From: Eledone cirrhosa
Taxonomy: Eukaryota
Reading direction: 5' to 3'
Length of the DNA: 64,000 nt
Assembly (NCBI GenBank): GCA_964016885.1
Contig: OZ024742.1
Span: 264,244,001 to 264,308,000, forward strand
Within the stretch, counting starts at the first letter, position 1, and each line of letters begins with the position of its first letter. Shown piece after piece: positions 1 through 12,452 of the stretch. The notes below the pieces were generated by a model. It made no database searches and was not told the origin of the DNA. It worked only from the letters and a program-made list of their open reading frames with translations. The position numbers were made by a program, and so were the translations under genes.

Positions 1-1600
1 TACCAAATATTCTACTAGCATTATCCTTTCAATGCTTATACAATAACCTACACTGATGAGATCTGTACCACCATCTTTCTCTTCATGCGCAATTTGTTTA
101 TATTTGCTTTGTCATTAACATTCTATCAAACTTTGTTATTCTTCAGTCCCCACCATAGACACACTACGTCTAATCACTGCAACTGGCTAGATATTCATTG
201 CAGTGACTAAATTTCTCACATCCAAGTTGGATTTTAAAATCGTTTTTACTCTTTTAAAATATGTTTCTCACTTTTTCTTTCATTTCTGTATGTAAAATGT
301 CATCCAGTTCTAAAAATCGCCGAATACATGTATCCACTTTCTTCTGGTTCCCCCGCCGTTTCTCCCAATGACAGCCCTAATCCACTTCATGCTGTTTTGT
401 TCCCTCTTTTCATATTGTGCACAGTTTGGAGATCCCAAATTTCATACTGATGTCACCGCTTAGTATCTGGTCTGTTTTAACATAAGAACCTATCTAGTTT
501 CTGGACTTCCCAGTTTCATGTCATCCAGGTTTATGAATGTTCATTTCTTTCAACATTGGCAACCCCCTTTAACTTTCCTAAGTACCAGTACTATAGGTAT
601 AAGGGCAATGAAAAATAGCAATGGAGAAAATTAGTCACCTTGGAAGACATTCCTTTTAATTTCTATTTCTCCAAGGAATACATTGCTCAAGTACAACTTA
701 GTCTTTCAAGCTACCATACTATTCAGAAAAACATTTATGATGCTGTCAGCAATACCAAACATCTGCAAACCTTAAATAAGCTAAGAATGAGGCACCATAT
801 CATAAGCTTCCTTAAAGTCAATCCAGGCCATAGATATATTGGTATGGCATGTTTTGAAATGTTTCAAAATTATTTTATCGATCACAAGCTAATCTTTGGT
901 ACTCTGAGATCTTCTCCTACATTCTTTTTGTTCCTTTGGTAACGTTCCTTCCTGTAAAAGAAAGATATATGCCTTCTCTGCAAATATTCCAGTAAGTACT
1001 TTCCATATTATGTTCAGGCATGCTATAGAACAGTAGTTTCCCACAGCATTCCTCTTTACTGCTATTCTTTATTTTAAGAGTTGTTCTTCCCATTACCATT
1101 CAATAGGGAACTACACCTTTCTGGACATATTCATTCAACTGCATTGCATCTCTTCAACCAAAAGCCATGGATCCTATCTGGACTGAAAGCTTTCTAGTGT
1201 GGTACCTTGGCCACTTGATCCTTCACATCAACTGTGATTATGGTAATGTCTGTTTCTTCCTCAGAACACAGTTTTGATGGGTTTTATCCACTCAGCAGCC
1301 CATCTTTGTATCAAAGTGTTTCCCTATATCCCATTCCAGAACTCCTTGACCTAATTAGTATTAGGAAAAACATCCTTCCCATTGTTTCCTTCCAAAGTTC
1401 AGAAGAATTGTTTTAGATTAATTTGGACCAATCTATTTCCCTCAAACTACTTATTTCTGTTCACGTATCTTCTTATCTTCTTCTTTTTCACCAAACTCCT
1501 GTTTTAATTGTTCCATTACTGCATAAAACCCATTCTTCCCTATTTTATTCTTGAAGTCTAATGTTTCTCGATCGTTCATTTTTCCATTTTTCCATTTTCT
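1..1600 (-). mobile_element. Degenerate Dong/R4-clade non-LTR retrotransposon, RT region
   Basis: Minus-strand translation gives LSMAWIDFKEAYDMVPHS (~790-845), VFQGD*FSPLL (~615-650), LDDMKL (~510-530) and MGRTTLKIKN. These are R4/Dong RT motifs, broken by stops and frameshifts. Confidence 0.85.
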
Positions 1601-1899
1601 CTAAACCATTGCTCGATTTCACTTAGATATCGCCTTAACCGGATTATGTCATTTGTAATGCAGCGTTTCCATCATCTTTCTTTCGCCTTACTGTGTTTGT
1701 TTTCCTTACTTGTAATTTTCCCTCAACAAGTCGTGCAATAGCTCAGGTAAAGTACTTTGTTTGCGTTATGTCCTTTGTGACTATTTATCAAGATTAACTT
1801 TAATGTTGCTTTGAGACGATTATTTTAGGGAATACCGGGCTACAACTAGGGTAACTCCAGCGCTTTTTCATATCATTCCTTGTCATTTCACTATTGCTG

Positions 1900-2110
1900 G
1901 TAGTTCAGAACCTTTCTCAATATTCAGGCAGTTACTAGTAGACATGACTTCTAGAGCGGTTCAATTCCTTGTGCAAAGTTTATTTTCGACACACACATAG
2001 TTTTCAAGATTCTTTGTCACCATGCCAAGAGCACCAATCAGGAGAGTGAAATATTTTTCAAAATCAAAACTGTTTGCAGGAAATTTAAATCTGGAATAAA
2101 GCAATGGGTA
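1900..2110 (-). mobile_element. Dong/R4 C-terminal (RLE) fragment
   Basis: LLIGALGMVTKNLENY matches the IGALGxVxKxL motif at the end of the restriction-like endonuclease. Confidence 0.6.
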
Positions 2111-2124
2111 TTGGGAGTAGTAAG

Positions 2125-3285
2125 TTATAGTACTGGAATAGTTGATTGAACGAAGCGAGGCATTGAAAGAATTGATAGACGCACACATAAGATCTTAACA
2201 AACAATGGATGCTTATATCCAAGGGCAAATATTGAAACGCTATACCTTAAGAGAAAGGAATGGGGGAGAGGTTTATTTTCGGTTGAACAATGTGTACGTA
2301 GTGAGTGCAACAGATTGTGGGACTATCTAACATTAACTGAAGAACTCCTACTCAGAGAGGTTCTGAAGGAAGAGTCTATAACAGAAAGTCAATGTGAGAA
2401 AGCATACAACAAAGCCTTTAGAGAGAAACAAGAACACGCATGGAAAGAAAAGGCTCTTCATGGCAACTTTCCAGCTGAGATTAAAGTTATTGCTGATCCT
2501 AGGTTTTGGATTTGGCTTAGGTCAGGTTGGGTTAAAAAGAGCATTGAGGTTATTATTACTGACGCACAAGACCAGGCACTCAGTAACCAATTGGGGAAAA
2601 GCTAAGATCGATGAACAAAATTGCTCCCCACTTTGCAAAGTATGCCATAAAATAGACGAATCTGTGGCACATATTGCTAGTGGATGTGAGCAATTAGAAA
2701 GAAGTTATAAAATCCGACATGATCTTATAGCAAAAAGTCCATTGGGAGTTGTGAAAAAATACTATATCGAAAGGCAATGTCAGTGGTTCGAATATACTCC
2801 TCTTGAATCCTGCCTATCAAGTGAGGGAGTAGAGTTATTTTGGGACCTCGAGATCAAGACCACAAACAAAGTCCAACACAACCGCTCTGATATTTTTGTA
2901 AAAACAAACATATATCACAAATGGACTCTAATTGATATTTCATTATCTTAAGATCACAATGTGGCTGTAAACGAAATGGGAAAGATCAATAATATGCAGA
3001 CTTTGCAGGTGCTATTACAACTGAGCACTATGTAGAGACTGAAGTCGTGCCAATCGTCATTGGGGCGCTTGGTACGGTCCCTAAACACTTTACGTCTTTC
3101 ATCAAAAGCCTTGGGATCCCTGACTTCATAAGCAGTGCTCAATGTGTTACCGTCACTAGCACTGCTAGAATCCTGCGCGATATATTGAGCCAATGAAATC
3201 AGGGACTGATCTGAGGCCAATTAACACGCTTCACCTAGCAACCGATTGCTAGAGAAACCTTACAAACAATTATTATCACTGTCAT
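2125..3285 (+). mobile_element. 5'-truncated Dong/R4 LINE (thumb, CCHC knuckle, RLE endonuclease, 3' tail)
   Basis: LYPRANIETLYLKRKEWGRGL; CKVCHKIDESVAHIASGC (CCHC); HNRSDIFV...TLIDIS (PD-D/ExK-like); VPIVIGALGTVPK; ends ...ACAAACAATTATTATC. Confidence 0.9.
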
Positions 3286-3730
3286 TATTATGATCGGATT
3301 TTATTTTGCGAATATGTACATCACAATGCTCAGATTTCTGGATGTTTATTTAAAAAAAAAATGAATAACTTTTTTAGTGTGTGCAGCTGCCTGGATGATA
3401 TTTCCACATGTCACAAAAGCAAGATGATCCTTCCAAGTCTTTAATTCTGTGACCCGATTAGCACTCTTATATATTTAGACATGATTCGGCATTTTCTTCC
3501 AGAAAATGATCATTTCATCATAACTGAAGGTTGGTCTTCCCGGTAATCATTTTCAGTTGGTCTGGGAACTCCGATGCTGTTTCTAGATCAGCCATTTCTA
3601 CTGTGATCATAAGTATCTTGAGGCCGTGACATATTATAAGCTATAATACCATTCTTTGCTAGCTTTAAACTCGTATTGTTCGCATTTCCTCTTACTGTAA
3701 AGTTCATATACGCTAAGCGCCTTTTCATGC

Positions 3731-3734
<4 letters not shown>

Positions 3735-3798
<64 letters not shown>
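3735..3798. repeat. (TG)n microsatellite, representative of dozens of (TA)n, (CA)n, (GA)n and (GATA)n tracts in the window
   Basis: Seen directly; such tracts explain most YIYI, HTHT and SLSL ORFs. Confidence 0.99.
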
Positions 3799-3800
<2 letters not shown>

Positions 3801-4171
3801 CATACACATGAACACGTGTACACACCGCTACTAGCAATATCAGCAACTCCTGTCTTGCCCATAAATGAAGACTATTAGTACAATGCTGACTGTTCAACTC
3901 CATCTTTTGTTTATAGTCTGACCAGTTGGGAATGTGGTACAAGTGATTTGGTGGTAATGGTGTCAGTCATGGCTGCTTTATGGTTCGTTAGTACTTGGGC
4001 ATCGTGATTTAGTGTGTCTAAATCGTAAATATTTGATGGCTACATTAAATAAATCTGTGGCATTTGATGTCTTTAACCTGACCACTACATTGCTAAAGAG
4101 TATTTTTTCGAGTGGTATATAATTTAAAGTCATGCCAGTCCGTTCAATCTTCCTATTTTCCCATTCTTTCT

Positions 4172-4212
4172 TCTTTATTCTGATGAAGGACTAGCGTCCG
4201 AAATGTTAAGAC
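4172..4212 (+). ncRNA. Minimal hammerhead-like motif (degenerate)
   Basis: CTGATGA-A-GGAC tagc GTCC-GAAA-TGTTA; stem I is weak. Confidence 0.55.
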
Positions 4213-4322
4213 CTTCTTCCTGCTATTTCAAGCGTTAAACTAATATATTCCTTCCATATACTGTACCGTTTGTGTTGTTATTTCTGTTTATCTTTTACAT
4301 ACATATATGTACAGTATATGAC

Positions 4323-4520
4323 TTCTACAAGAACTAGAATTGTTTCATTCGTATCAAATGAAAAGGATTCCGATGATTTCATACGAATGAAAACATTGTA
4401 GTCCTGTAGATTTCATTTCTGTATAAAATAAAAATAAAAATGCCTATACTCTACCAACGTATTGAGTAACCTTTTTCACTGTGGTCACTTCTCGGTGCCC
4501 ATCGGAAATTTACCCATAAT
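4323..4520 (+). mobile_element. Short pLTR-type unit with HHR-like motif and 5' inverted arm
   Basis: 4323-4353 is inverted against 4381-4411; aggatt CCGATGA t ttc atac gaa t GAAA...agtcct; ends in (TA)n. Confidence 0.6.
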
Positions 4521-4615
4521 TATATATATACATACACGTATACTAGAAGCATACTTGACGTTGTGCGTAAAACAAACCACAGCGTGTGGGTGCGTGTAGA
4601 TGTGTAAATATGTGG

Positions 4616-4682
<67 letters not shown>

Positions 4683-4850
4683 GTTACTGATAATGAGTGT
4701 TTAAAGGTAAGACAACACAAACAAGAGATGGACAGTCTCCTTGCGTCAGTTGTTTACTACGGATCACGGCGCCGAAACATCCGTGGTCCGTAGTAAACAA
4801 CTGACGAAGGGAGACCGTCCATCTCCTGTTTCTGTTGCTTTACCTCCTAA

Positions 4851-4892
<42 letters not shown>

Positions 4893-4896
<4 letters not shown>

Positions 4897-5697
4897 AAGT
4901 ATGACCCCGACGACAGAGCTCAAGCCGTTTCGACGGCTATTTCTGGACTAAAGTAAGTGTTTTTTTAGTCTGGTAAATAAATAGCCGAACTTTTCAGGGG
5001 TACTTTCTTATATGGAAAGATTGTAGTTGTCAAGGGGATTGGTCAAAATTTGTAGCGGACACAGAAAAGTCTATCAAGGCAGTGGGTGCGGGGTGGGGAT
5101 GGCTGAACTTGGCTGTAGAACGATAGGGGAGTGGGTAGAGCCGGTCAAGCGTAGAAGGTGACATCTAAAGGAATGTGTATGAAAGTAGGCCAGAGGATGT
5201 TGGCGAAAAGGTATCTTTAGAAAGTAAGGGGACGTTATAGAAATAGTAAATCAAATGCGATTACGGGACAAAGAAAAAATATAATAAAAAATATAATAAA
5301 AAAGAATATAATAAAAATGAGAGACAGATTTAACAGAAAGTAAGATTGGAAAGTGAGAAGTGAAATAAGGAGTCTAACACAGCTGCTATATTTCGGCCAA
5401 AGCCACAGAATGAGTTGCTAGATGAGAATAATTGATAGACTTTTCTGTGTCCGCGACAAATTTTGACCAATCCCCTTGACAACAACAATCTTTCCATATA
5501 AGGAAGTACCCTTGAAAAGTTCGGCTATTTATGTACCAGACTAAAAAAAACTCTTACTTTAGTCCAGAAATAGCCGTCGAAACGGCTTGAGCTTTGCCGT
5601 CGGGGTCATACTTTCTCCTATTACCCACTCTACTACCCTAAGTATTGAGTACTCTGGTGCGTTATGGTCCATCTGGTTCCTTACCACAACTCCTCCG

Positions 5698-5700
<3 letters not shown>
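4893..5700 (+). mobile_element. pLTR-type element with ~185-bp inverted arms and an HHR-like motif, flanked by (TA)n
   Basis: 4893-5077 is the reverse complement of 5432-5617. The same 3' end recurs at 47171-47363 and 60622-60705. Confidence 0.8.
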
Positions 5701-5742
<42 letters not shown>

Positions 5743-6768
5743 TAAGCTATGTGTATATAAATATAAACGCACAGACATACGTACACACAGCGATGGCAAA
5801 CGATAAAGTCAACAACCATAGAACGCTTTCTTCCCTTCTTCTCTATCACTGTCGGTCTCATCATTTCGCTATCTGTTTTTAATTACTCTCTATTTCTTAT
5901 CTAACAACTGGAAACTAAATCTTTATTTATGAATGACAAAATTTTCTTTCATCATATTTTCAATTTAATTGTTTACTTTTCTTTTTTTTTTATTGTTTCT
6001 CATTTTTTGTCAATTTGTAAATTGTATTATTAATATATTATATTATTAATATATTGTCCAATAATACGTAATACATAATACATATTTCTTATTCGCTGCC
6101 ACCGCTCTCTCATTCTCATGTCATTTAAGATTAGATGTGTGTGTGTGTGTGAGAGAGAGTGTGTGTATGTGTGTATGTGTATGAGAGTGTGTGTGTATTA
6201 AATATGTATGTGTTCATTATGTGTTTGTGCGTTTCGTTTTTTGTTTTTTTCGTGTGTGGAAACGTGTTCTTTCTCCATTAATGGATACAAAAGACTTTTC
6301 TCTATAGTGAATCATATAAGAAAAAATATATTTTTGTTTTGAGGATTGTATTGCACGATTTTACTGGAAGTTATTACATGCAATATGATATACGTTTAAG
6401 ATTACGTAAATCAAAACACACGAGAAAGGGAATGCTGATACAGAGGACGAGCGAACATAGTCATCTATTTTCCTAGTCAGTCACATTTTGGAAAAATCAA
6501 TTTCCTGAATTTATGCACAAACGCAGGAAAGGGGCGCGTGAAAGAGTATAACAAAAGAATAACAAAGGTACGGAAAATGCACAATGAAACATGACAAAAC
6601 ACAGATAATACAAAACACACAAAACAACACACAATCTATGGAATTATAGACGAATATATAACAAGAAATTATTTCGACTAGAACAAATGACGAAGAGAGT
6701 AGATATACAAAAATGTCACGTACTTGGGACGAAACACGAAAGCAGATACCTTCTTTTTTTGTTACATC

Positions 6769-6860
6769 GCCAGTCTGACGAGCAGATTGATAATGGACTC
6801 GGGTCCATAACTCCTATGGGTTACCTTGAGTCAATCCTCTGCGAAACGCGCGTAACAGGT
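6769..6860 (+). ncRNA. Type I hammerhead ribozyme, long stem II
   Basis: gccagt CTGACGA(6775-6781) gcaga...tctgc GAA ACGCGCGT A acaggt; palindromic stem III; GUA site. Confidence 0.8.
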
Positions 6861-6912
6861 CGATACACAATAAATATGTTTTATATGTAAACGAAACTTC
6901 CTCGCTTTTTTC

Positions 6913-6994
<82 letters not shown>

Positions 6995-7172
6995 TGGACC
7001 GGCAATCGCTCTGTATAATCAGCTCCTGATTATTACTGGAATCCTATAAGAATCCAATTTCTATAATTTTCGGCGAAGGCAGGGGAGTGAGTGATTTTGC
7101 AATCACACTCCCTTTGTTTTCGCCGAAAATAAGTAAGTGACATAATACATCGCTATTTCAGAGCACCAATAG

Positions 7173-7241
<69 letters not shown>

Positions 7242-7245
<4 letters not shown>

Positions 7246-7513
7246 TTATGTAATAAACAACATAAGATAATTATTTCATTTACCAAAGGTTTCACGAACA
7301 CAGACGAGCCTGACACAGACGTCTGACTTCGGTCGTCAGAATGAAATTTCATTCTGACGACCGAAGTCAGACGTCTGTGTCAGGCTCGTCTGTGTTCGTG
7401 AAACCTTTGGTAAATGAAATAATTATCTTATGTTGTTTATTACATAACTAAAAAGCTCTGTACCCTACATAGAGCACTCTCTTTTCCTTTACCTTTCCTA
7501 CGGAAACACTTCA
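7242..7513 (+). mobile_element. pLTR mini-element in (TA)n, perfect 210-bp palindrome (7242-7451)
   Basis: Arms of 105 bp checked base by base; centre 7346/7347; unique tail to 7513. Confidence 0.9.
7347..7419 (+). ncRNA. Type I hammerhead ribozyme
   Basis: tttcatt CTGACGA c cgaa..cagacg..cgtctg..ttcg t GAA ACC ttt GGT A aatgaaa; 7-bp stem I. Mirror copy on the minus strand. Confidence 0.9.
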
Positions 7514-7524
7514 TATATATATAT

Positions 7525-8009
7525 ACTAGCAGAATGGCCCGGCATTACTCGGGATTTGCTCTATGGTTCTTATATATTTGATATATATTTATCCTTATCG
7601 AGCCTCGTGAAATAAATACGTTTATTTATATTTTGTTATTGTGTATGGAAAAATATCTGTACACGAATATATAATTATATATATATCTATATATCTAAAA
7701 CAGAGAATGTCTGTCTGTCAGCTCACTAAAACTTGAGAACCACCCAACCGATTGTTTTCAAACTTTGCACATGTAATATTTATGGTCCTAGGGACCGCAT
7801 TAGGCGATTTAGCGATCTCTCTCTTATAATTCGTAGTCTTTCTTTTTAGATAGATAAATATATATAACGTTGCGCCCTTATAATATCTGTCTGTATGTCT
7901 GGCTGTCTGCATTATGTCATTATGACGCGATCAGTGTGTGTGTGTGTATATATATGTATCGTAATGCACACAGCAAGACATATAGCTTTCCTTCCCCTCT
8001 TCCAGCGTC

Positions 8010-8041
<32 letters not shown>

Positions 8042-8771
8042 CCGCTATCCCCCTCTTTTAGTCTGTCTGTTTCTTTCTCTCTCACTCTTTCTCTTTATAA
8101 CTCACTCACATTAATACTAAAGAGTTAAGGTATTGTTCTCAAAATAAATAATATTTTTATATTATGTGAGATAAAGCCTTTACCATAAAAAAATATAGTA
8201 TATATAGAGTAATGTAAATGCTAAAGGGTTAATTCCATCAGACCATGTGAGAGAGTTTATAATCACTCACGCAGACATACACACTCACGTATGCAAACGC
8301 ACACAAACTCACACACACACGCAATAGTTATTCCACTTTCATGTATCTTTGACGCATACAACTCTCAAAAGACGGCGTCTGTCACTCTCTCTCTCTCCCT
8401 CTCTCCCCCGCTATCCTCCTCTTTTAGTCTGTCTGTTTCTTTCACTCTCACTCTTTCTCTCTGTAACTCGTTCATATTTATCTCCTCTATCGAAAAGAAA
8501 AACGCTGTGACGAATGGGGAGAAGGAGGAGGAGGAGTAGAGAGCCACTTCTTCACTTCGCCTCTCCGTTTCTTTCTCTCCCCTCTCACTCCATCATTATG
8601 TACAGACATTGGCCATTTCACTAATTCGATCCCTAGGTCAGAATAGTTTGAAATCTTTTTTGCTCAAAACACTTCTGGGGCCATACGGGTTTCATGTGTA
8701 AAGTTTGAAAAAAAAACGGTTGGGTACTTCTCGAGTTTTACGGAAACAGACACACAGACAGACATCCTCTG

Positions 8772-8773
<2 letters not shown>
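7525..8773 (-). mobile_element. Non-autonomous Helitron with a nested opposite-strand Helitron 5' piece (from ~7685)
   Basis: Minus-strand 3' end CCCGAGtaatgCCGGG ccattctg CTAG|T (hairpin plus CTAG); 5' part ..AACAGAGGATGTCTGTCTG. Confidence 0.75.
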
Positions 8774-8838
<65 letters not shown>

Positions 8839-9497
8839 TAGAAGAAATAAAACGATACAAACGGAACAAAAGAAATTAGTTTCGGTGTTCAACCACCCTT
8901 TTTGAGCACAGATATCCAAGGATATCAAAGTTTTTTTGTATAAGGATAGTAGATCACTTCTCTCCACAAGTACCAGCAAAAACAATATTTAAACTTCTCC
9001 CCCTCCCCCTCTCTCTCCCTCTCTCTGAAATACTGGAGATAAACTATTAACCATTTCATAATGCTCTTTCTCTTACAGACACATTCTGTTTGTAAATCCA
9101 CAGGCATTAAAAGCTTATAGTTCAATGACATACCTTTAAGATTCTTCAGTCGGCCTCTAGGTTCCGCTGGGCATTTAAAAGAGGTTATCAGATTAATCTT
9201 ACAAAGTTAATGTTTGCTTCTCAGATTAAAAGTAACAGCTGTCAATTATTTAGCAATGGGCCTTATTCTGTTCGTCTTTTACCGTTACATCTGAATCAAT
9301 TACCAAATTAATCACCATGGAAAATATCACGGTAGCAGAATTAATGACGACGTATGTTGTTTCCAGTGAATTTAACTTTTATCTCCATACATATTTTTCA
9401 TCATTTATGTATTTCATATATATATATGCGTGTGCGATTGTCTATGCGTTTTCACACACACACACACGCACGCACACACCACACACACACAGACACA

Positions 9498-9589
<92 letters not shown>

Positions 9590-9949
9590 AATAGTTGTAA
9601 GATTTTTATATGCGTCGCGTTAAAGATATGATTATACGAAGAAAAAAAACGCATCATCATACAATGTAATCAAATATGACAGATTAGTACATCTGTAAGG
9701 ATGAGGCTCGATAGAAATAGAGCTGAAATTTTGTGAGCATCATACAGAGTTGATGGTAGGGGTGTACTCATCTTTTCCCATTATCTACAGGTGTTTACTT
9801 GGGAATGTTTGTCTTGTATAAATATATATATATATATGCGTGTGTGTGTGTGTCCCGGGTTCAATCGGGGGTAACCACAATAAGTAAGGTACTCAGAGTA
9901 TATAATGTTTTATATATATATATATATATTTATATTATATAAATGATTT

Positions 9950-10300
9950 CCACACGATTAGAACTGATTCATTTGTTTGAAATCTTCAGGCATTTCTGAT
10001 GATTTCCTATTTGTTGCTTCGTCTTCACGAGTTGAAACAGAGTACCAGATTGGCGGTTAGATCTTATCCATTTACATCTGAAATTCCTAAATGCAAACGC
10101 ATATTCTACTTTAATAGTTTCTTCCCTCACACAACTCGCCTATGGAATTATGTTCTGGCTTCTTGGTTTCCTGACCATTAAACTTTGCAAAAATTCAAAA
10201 GCAGTATCAATCGTCATCTTCTCTACCCTGGATTTGTTTTCGTTGTCTTGTCATTCTCCCTTCTCAGTAGCCCCTTGAGTTTTAGTGGGTTCATTGTCTT
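9950..10300 (+). mobile_element. CR1/Jockey-group LINE 3' end
   Basis: NSFFPHTTRLWNYVLASWFPDH*TLQKFKSSINRHL is a typical CR1-like ORF2 C-terminus. Confidence 0.7.
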
Positions 10301-10301
10301 G

Positions 10302-10366
<65 letters not shown>

Positions 10367-10371
10367 TTATT

Positions 10372-12110
10372 TATTAAAATAACAGATTAAAGTTTAAGCA
10401 AAGAATCGGTGCTTTCACCCTTAACGGGATCTTCTGAAACTAACAGAGTTAATCTGTAAACGCAGAAGTGGATATTTCAAAAAACGTTGCAACCGGAGGA
10501 ACACAGGAAGACGATACTTTGGTTCGTGGAAACGTTCGCTGGCAAAGAACGGAAAAAAACGAATATAATACGTCATTAATAGGAGCGGTGAAAAACAATT
10601 ACGCGCAAAGAAAGAACCACGTTTATGGTATAAAAGAGGTCGTAGACTAATGTTCTCTTAGGTGGTTCATAGAGACGTTCTCTGGCAATGAACGAAAAAA
10701 AAACCGAAGATAATACGTCATATGTGGACCCTGGAGAACAATAGCACGCAAAGACAAAACCACTTAAATGGTATAGCAGAAGTCGTAGACTAAAATTCTA
10801 ACTAGGAGACCGAATGAATCTCCGTTACAGAGTTAAGAACAAAGTAAATAAATACAATACAGAAGTAATAGAAATAAATAAATACATACACGCAAACAAA
10901 TACGTACATACACCAGCATACGCAAAACACTTACCATAGGTATACAAAACCACGCACATATAAATATGTGTGTGTGTGTATGCGTGTATACAAATAAATA
11001 AATAATTATATAAACGTATATAAATAAAAAAATACGTATATAACAAGCGCACACACATACCTACATGTAAATACACGGATGTTCGGAGACGTAAGTCAAC
11101 CAAAACATGAAGTACACATATACACACCCCTACATACGTACGAACGTGCATACTCACACAGACGCAAAACTCCCGTATACACATAGCCAAACCATATATA
11201 CCAGAATATATAAAATTATACGCCATAACATAAACAATCAAATATACGTACGAGAAGGTATACGTACCTTCACAAAACAAACGGGTAATATATACTTACC
11301 TATGCAAATAAGTAATGGTATAAACAAAACATATACTTAGCTCCCACATCAAGACGTAAAATATCCACGTATAGATCGTACTATTCGTTAGGGTATAACG
11401 TGGGGCTGTAATACAGGAAAGTTTTGTGCAATTTATGTTTACAAGCCGAAATTGCCTCAGATTTTTTGTTTAAGATGTGGTCAGTGGCGTAGAGTATTTC
11501 CAGGGCCTCAGCGGCGCAGAGGTCACACGGTCGTTTATTTCCGTTATACGATCTAGCCCTAGCTAGGATCTCCCAGTGTAACTTATATTGGGTGTGGTTG
11601 TCTTTTAGGCTCCAGATATAAGCTGAAAGTGACGTCATATTCCTTCTTAGAAGGTAACGAAAAGAATGGGTATGCATGTAAAGACGCTGCTTGAATCTAT
11701 TGGCGGTTAACCCTATGTAGAGGCATTTCCCGGATAGGGGGCAATCGACCCGATTCCTACAATTACAGTTAGTACTAACTACAAGGTTGCACGTGTTCCT
11801 ACGGCTAGGTAGTTTAGCTAAATTTGAAGCTGTGATGTTATGTGCAAGGTTAGGAGTCGTAGAGTAAGAAATTTTAATAGTATTTCTATTAAAAATTTTA
11901 CTATATTTATGTGTAGGGGGAAAATGCTTCGTAATAAGGGAAATAAAGATCTTAGTTAATGGTGTGGCCACCTCCATATTATATGGTGGGTTATACCAAC
12001 AAATGCGACGGGATCTATTTCTTCTAGGTCTATTTTCGTACTCTGTATATGCTACCTTATCGACAAATCCACTTCGAGCAAGAGCTTCATTGTAATAAGT
12101 GGAATGGTCG
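10372..12110 (-). mobile_element. 5'-truncated Penelope-like element (CxCx5C linker plus GIY-YIG; Hydra-type), family A copy 1
   Basis: WYNPPY, KISYSTTPNL, CNCRNRVDCPLSGKCL, YIGLT, CDLC...CKH; small internal deletion relative to copy 2; 3' UTR with HHR ending at (TA)n. Confidence 0.9.
10391..10441 (-). ncRNA. Hammerhead motif with CAGAAGA core in the family A pLTR
   Basis: agttt CAGAAGA t ccc gttaa ggg t GAA AGCA...TGCT T aaact. Confidence 0.75.
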
Positions 12111-12452
12111 ATGTGAAAGAAAAAATAATAATTATTATTTTTTCTTTCACATTGACTTTTTATGCTCCACATTACCCTCCTTTTTTTTCTTTTATCTTTT
12201 TCTTCATAAACCTTGTTTGTAAATAACATTATTCTTTCTGCACCATTTCCTTAACATGTGCAACACCACCATTCTACACCAATACATATCACTATCATTT
12301 GATAATGCATAAAAATGCTGAAACCGGTAATAGACAATTATTAAATGTATAAATAGATAAATAAATGCCATTGTTAATTAATAAATAAATCAACTAATAC
12401 CTTAACACTTCACACAAAGTAAAATATTTCGTTTTAATCATTTTCTAACCCA

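Noticed and set aside
53-59. CTGATGA box
   Set aside because: Lies in the antisense of the Dong ORF; no stem II or GAAA partner.
1690-1900. Possible GIY-YIG remnant on the minus strand (KVLYLSYCTTC)
   Set aside because: Too short and broken to call.
12292-12335. HHR-like TTGATAA tgcat aaaa atgct GAAACCGGTA atag
   Set aside because: First core box too degenerate; single copy.
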